DNA of 64,000 nucleotides from Raillietiella orientalis (Eukaryota): NCBI GenBank assembly GCA_036172245.1, contig JAYWIR010000001.1, positions 744,001 to 808,000 of the forward strand, read 5' to 3'. Shown piece by piece: positions 62,050 to 64,000 of this stretch (position 1 is its first letter; each line of letters starts with the position of its first letter). The notes under the pieces were generated by a model. It saw only the letters and a program-made list of their open reading frames with translations, ran no database searches and was not told where the DNA came from. The position numbers and the translations under genes were made by a program.

Positions 62050-63990
62050 CCTCCTCTTCCTGGCGCTTCGACGGCCTCCCGGTTCCTTCCCGAGAGTAGC
62101 ACTTTGTCAGGAACGCGATTCCGCGAGGACCTCGGCCCACGAAAGCTTCCCCTCCTTCCCTTGGGACGGCGACCTCACTGTCCCGAGGGAACCGGCACAA
62201 CACCGATGCCGGTTGACGCGAGAGCAGTCCCGGAGGTTCCGATCGCCCGATGGCCCGCGCTCCGGAGTGCCTTCGGGAACTGGAGAGCCTGAAGAAGGAG
62301 AGGAACTGGGAGCGACCCCCGAGCGCGCGCTGTAGGGCAAGGCGTCCTGGCGGAGGGATCGGGAACCTCCGCCCATGGTTTTCTCTTTCCTCGCCGCGAC
62401 CGCCGTCCTCGGATGCGGAGCCTTCGGAGGGCGAACCCGGAACCCTCCGCTCCGGGAAGTGACAGACTGACTGGCGCTTGGAAGGACACGCGCTCCATCA
62501 TGGCGCTTGGGAATATTCCGGGAAACTCTCAGTGGACACCGGCGACCTTCATCTTCCGCCCCAATGAATTCGGATCGTGTTTTCCGTCCGAGACTCGCGA
62601 AGAGGAGCGCCTTCTCAGGAGACACCGCTCCGCAGCAGTACCGGCGCCAGGAAGGATTGCGCCGCTTGCTGCGTCAAACGACCGCGTTGCTGTCGGTCCC
62701 TAGCTCGCAGCATCGAAAAATCCATCCCGGCACAGCAGCACTCTGGCGCTTCCCAAAGGCGTGCCTTTTGGTTAGGCGAGGACGAGGGCGCGAGTAGGCG
62801 AGTAGGCGAGGCCGGGAAAGAGCAGATGAGGTACGGGTCAACTCACTCGTTCTCTCCCTAGACAGAAGGCACGCTTGGAGCGTGCCGAAGATTCCGGAGA
62901 CTCCACTGTCGCGAGAGCAAGAGAAGCGCAGATCCCGAGGAGGAGTGGGAAAGGAAGCACCATGGAACGGTAAGAAGGTCCGAGTGGGAAGCTGTAAAGC
63001 CTCCGCTCCCGCAGCGTCGAGAAGAAGGGGACGCGTCCTCCTGGTAGCACAGGGAAGGAGACTACGAGGAAAGACGAGGAAAGAGTGGGATGCTGTGCCT
63101 AATGGGTTGCCCTCCCATCCGGCACTTCACTGAAAGGAGAGAGGGGAAGAGAAGAGAAAGAGAAAAGGAGGAGGACGACAGAAGGAGGAAGGGAAACAGG
63201 AGGAGGAGAAAGGGACAGAAGAGGAAGAGAGGAGGAAGGGAAGGGAAGGAAAAGGAGGAGGAGGAGGAGAGGAAGGCATGAGTGGAAGAGTAGAGGAAAA
63301 AGGGAGGAGGTGGAAGAGGAAAGAAGGGCTGGAAAGGGAGGAAGAAAGGATGAGGAAGAAGAGAGGAAGTTGCTGAAGAAGAAAAAAAGGAAAAGAGGAA
63401 GGAGGAGGAGAAGGAGCAAAAGAATGAATGGAAGGAGGAAAAAGAGAGGAGGGAGGAAAGGAAGAAGAGGGATCGGCGATGCTGTCTGAAAAGTCGGTGG
63501 ACCTCCTTCGAAGGCGGTAAAAGTAGGCAGGAGGGATCGAGGACACGCGCGAGATGGTGCCAGGTGCCCTGCCCGGGACGCCAGGTGGCAGGACGAAAGC
63601 AGCCAGGGAAACCCAGCACGGCGTCTTGGCGCGCGCTCCCTAAGTGGTGGCAAGAAGCAACGTTTTTCCCTTCCTCTTCTGCGCTCCGTTCGGAAGGACT
63701 CCATACAGACAACTTCATCTTGGGAGCTAAAGAGGGTGCCCCTCACCACGCGGCACCGAGCGCGCGTGCTCACAGCACCGAACCAGATACCGACCAACGC
63801 AGCACCTACGCAGATGTCGACCCTGTCGCGAAATGCACGCGGTCCAGGCAGCCCAGCATTCTGCCCATGAGACCCTCTTCCCCGCGGTGGTGGTCCAGAG
63901 GAGGCTACGAAAATGGCGCCGACGGACGGACATCCCCAGAGAGACCTTCGCTCGGCGCAAGCCTTGGCTTCCCGTCCACTGCATCACGTC
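62050..63990 (+). mobile_element. Decayed LINE (ORF1 end, APE start, RT start)
   Basis: IMALGNIPG...SCFPSET (WNxxG...LxET) and ALPKWWQEATFFP (GxxPxxWKxAxxxP). Confidence 0.35.
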
Positions 63991-64000
63991 GCTCCTGGAA

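Overview
This is GC-rich eukaryotic DNA, most likely from an arthropod host, which I infer from the Wolbachia-like insert. I could not recognise any intact host gene, and nearly all long ORFs in the track are GC-content or low-complexity artefacts. The window has five main components. (1) Many heavily eroded non-LTR retrotransposon (LINE) fossils, recognisable only from degenerate APE, RT, RNase H and zinc-knuckle motifs. (2) About 16 long purine/pyrimidine tracts. (3) An AT-rich, pseudogenised mosaic of Wolbachia-like DNA at ~36.7-39.6 kb, including a trigger factor (tig) fragment. (4) A ~4.1 kb imperfect palindrome at ~40.1-44.2 kb with an extremely AT-rich core. (5) Four copies of a repeat that joins an R2-superfamily-like LINE to a ~0.9 kb module whose far end is an oppositely oriented tRNA-like (Pol III A/B-box) head; these copies lie as inverted pairs. 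Several short LINE-free islands are dense in developmental transcription-factor motifs and may be enhancers. All family assignments come from motif recognition by eye, with no database search, and fossil boundaries are approximate.
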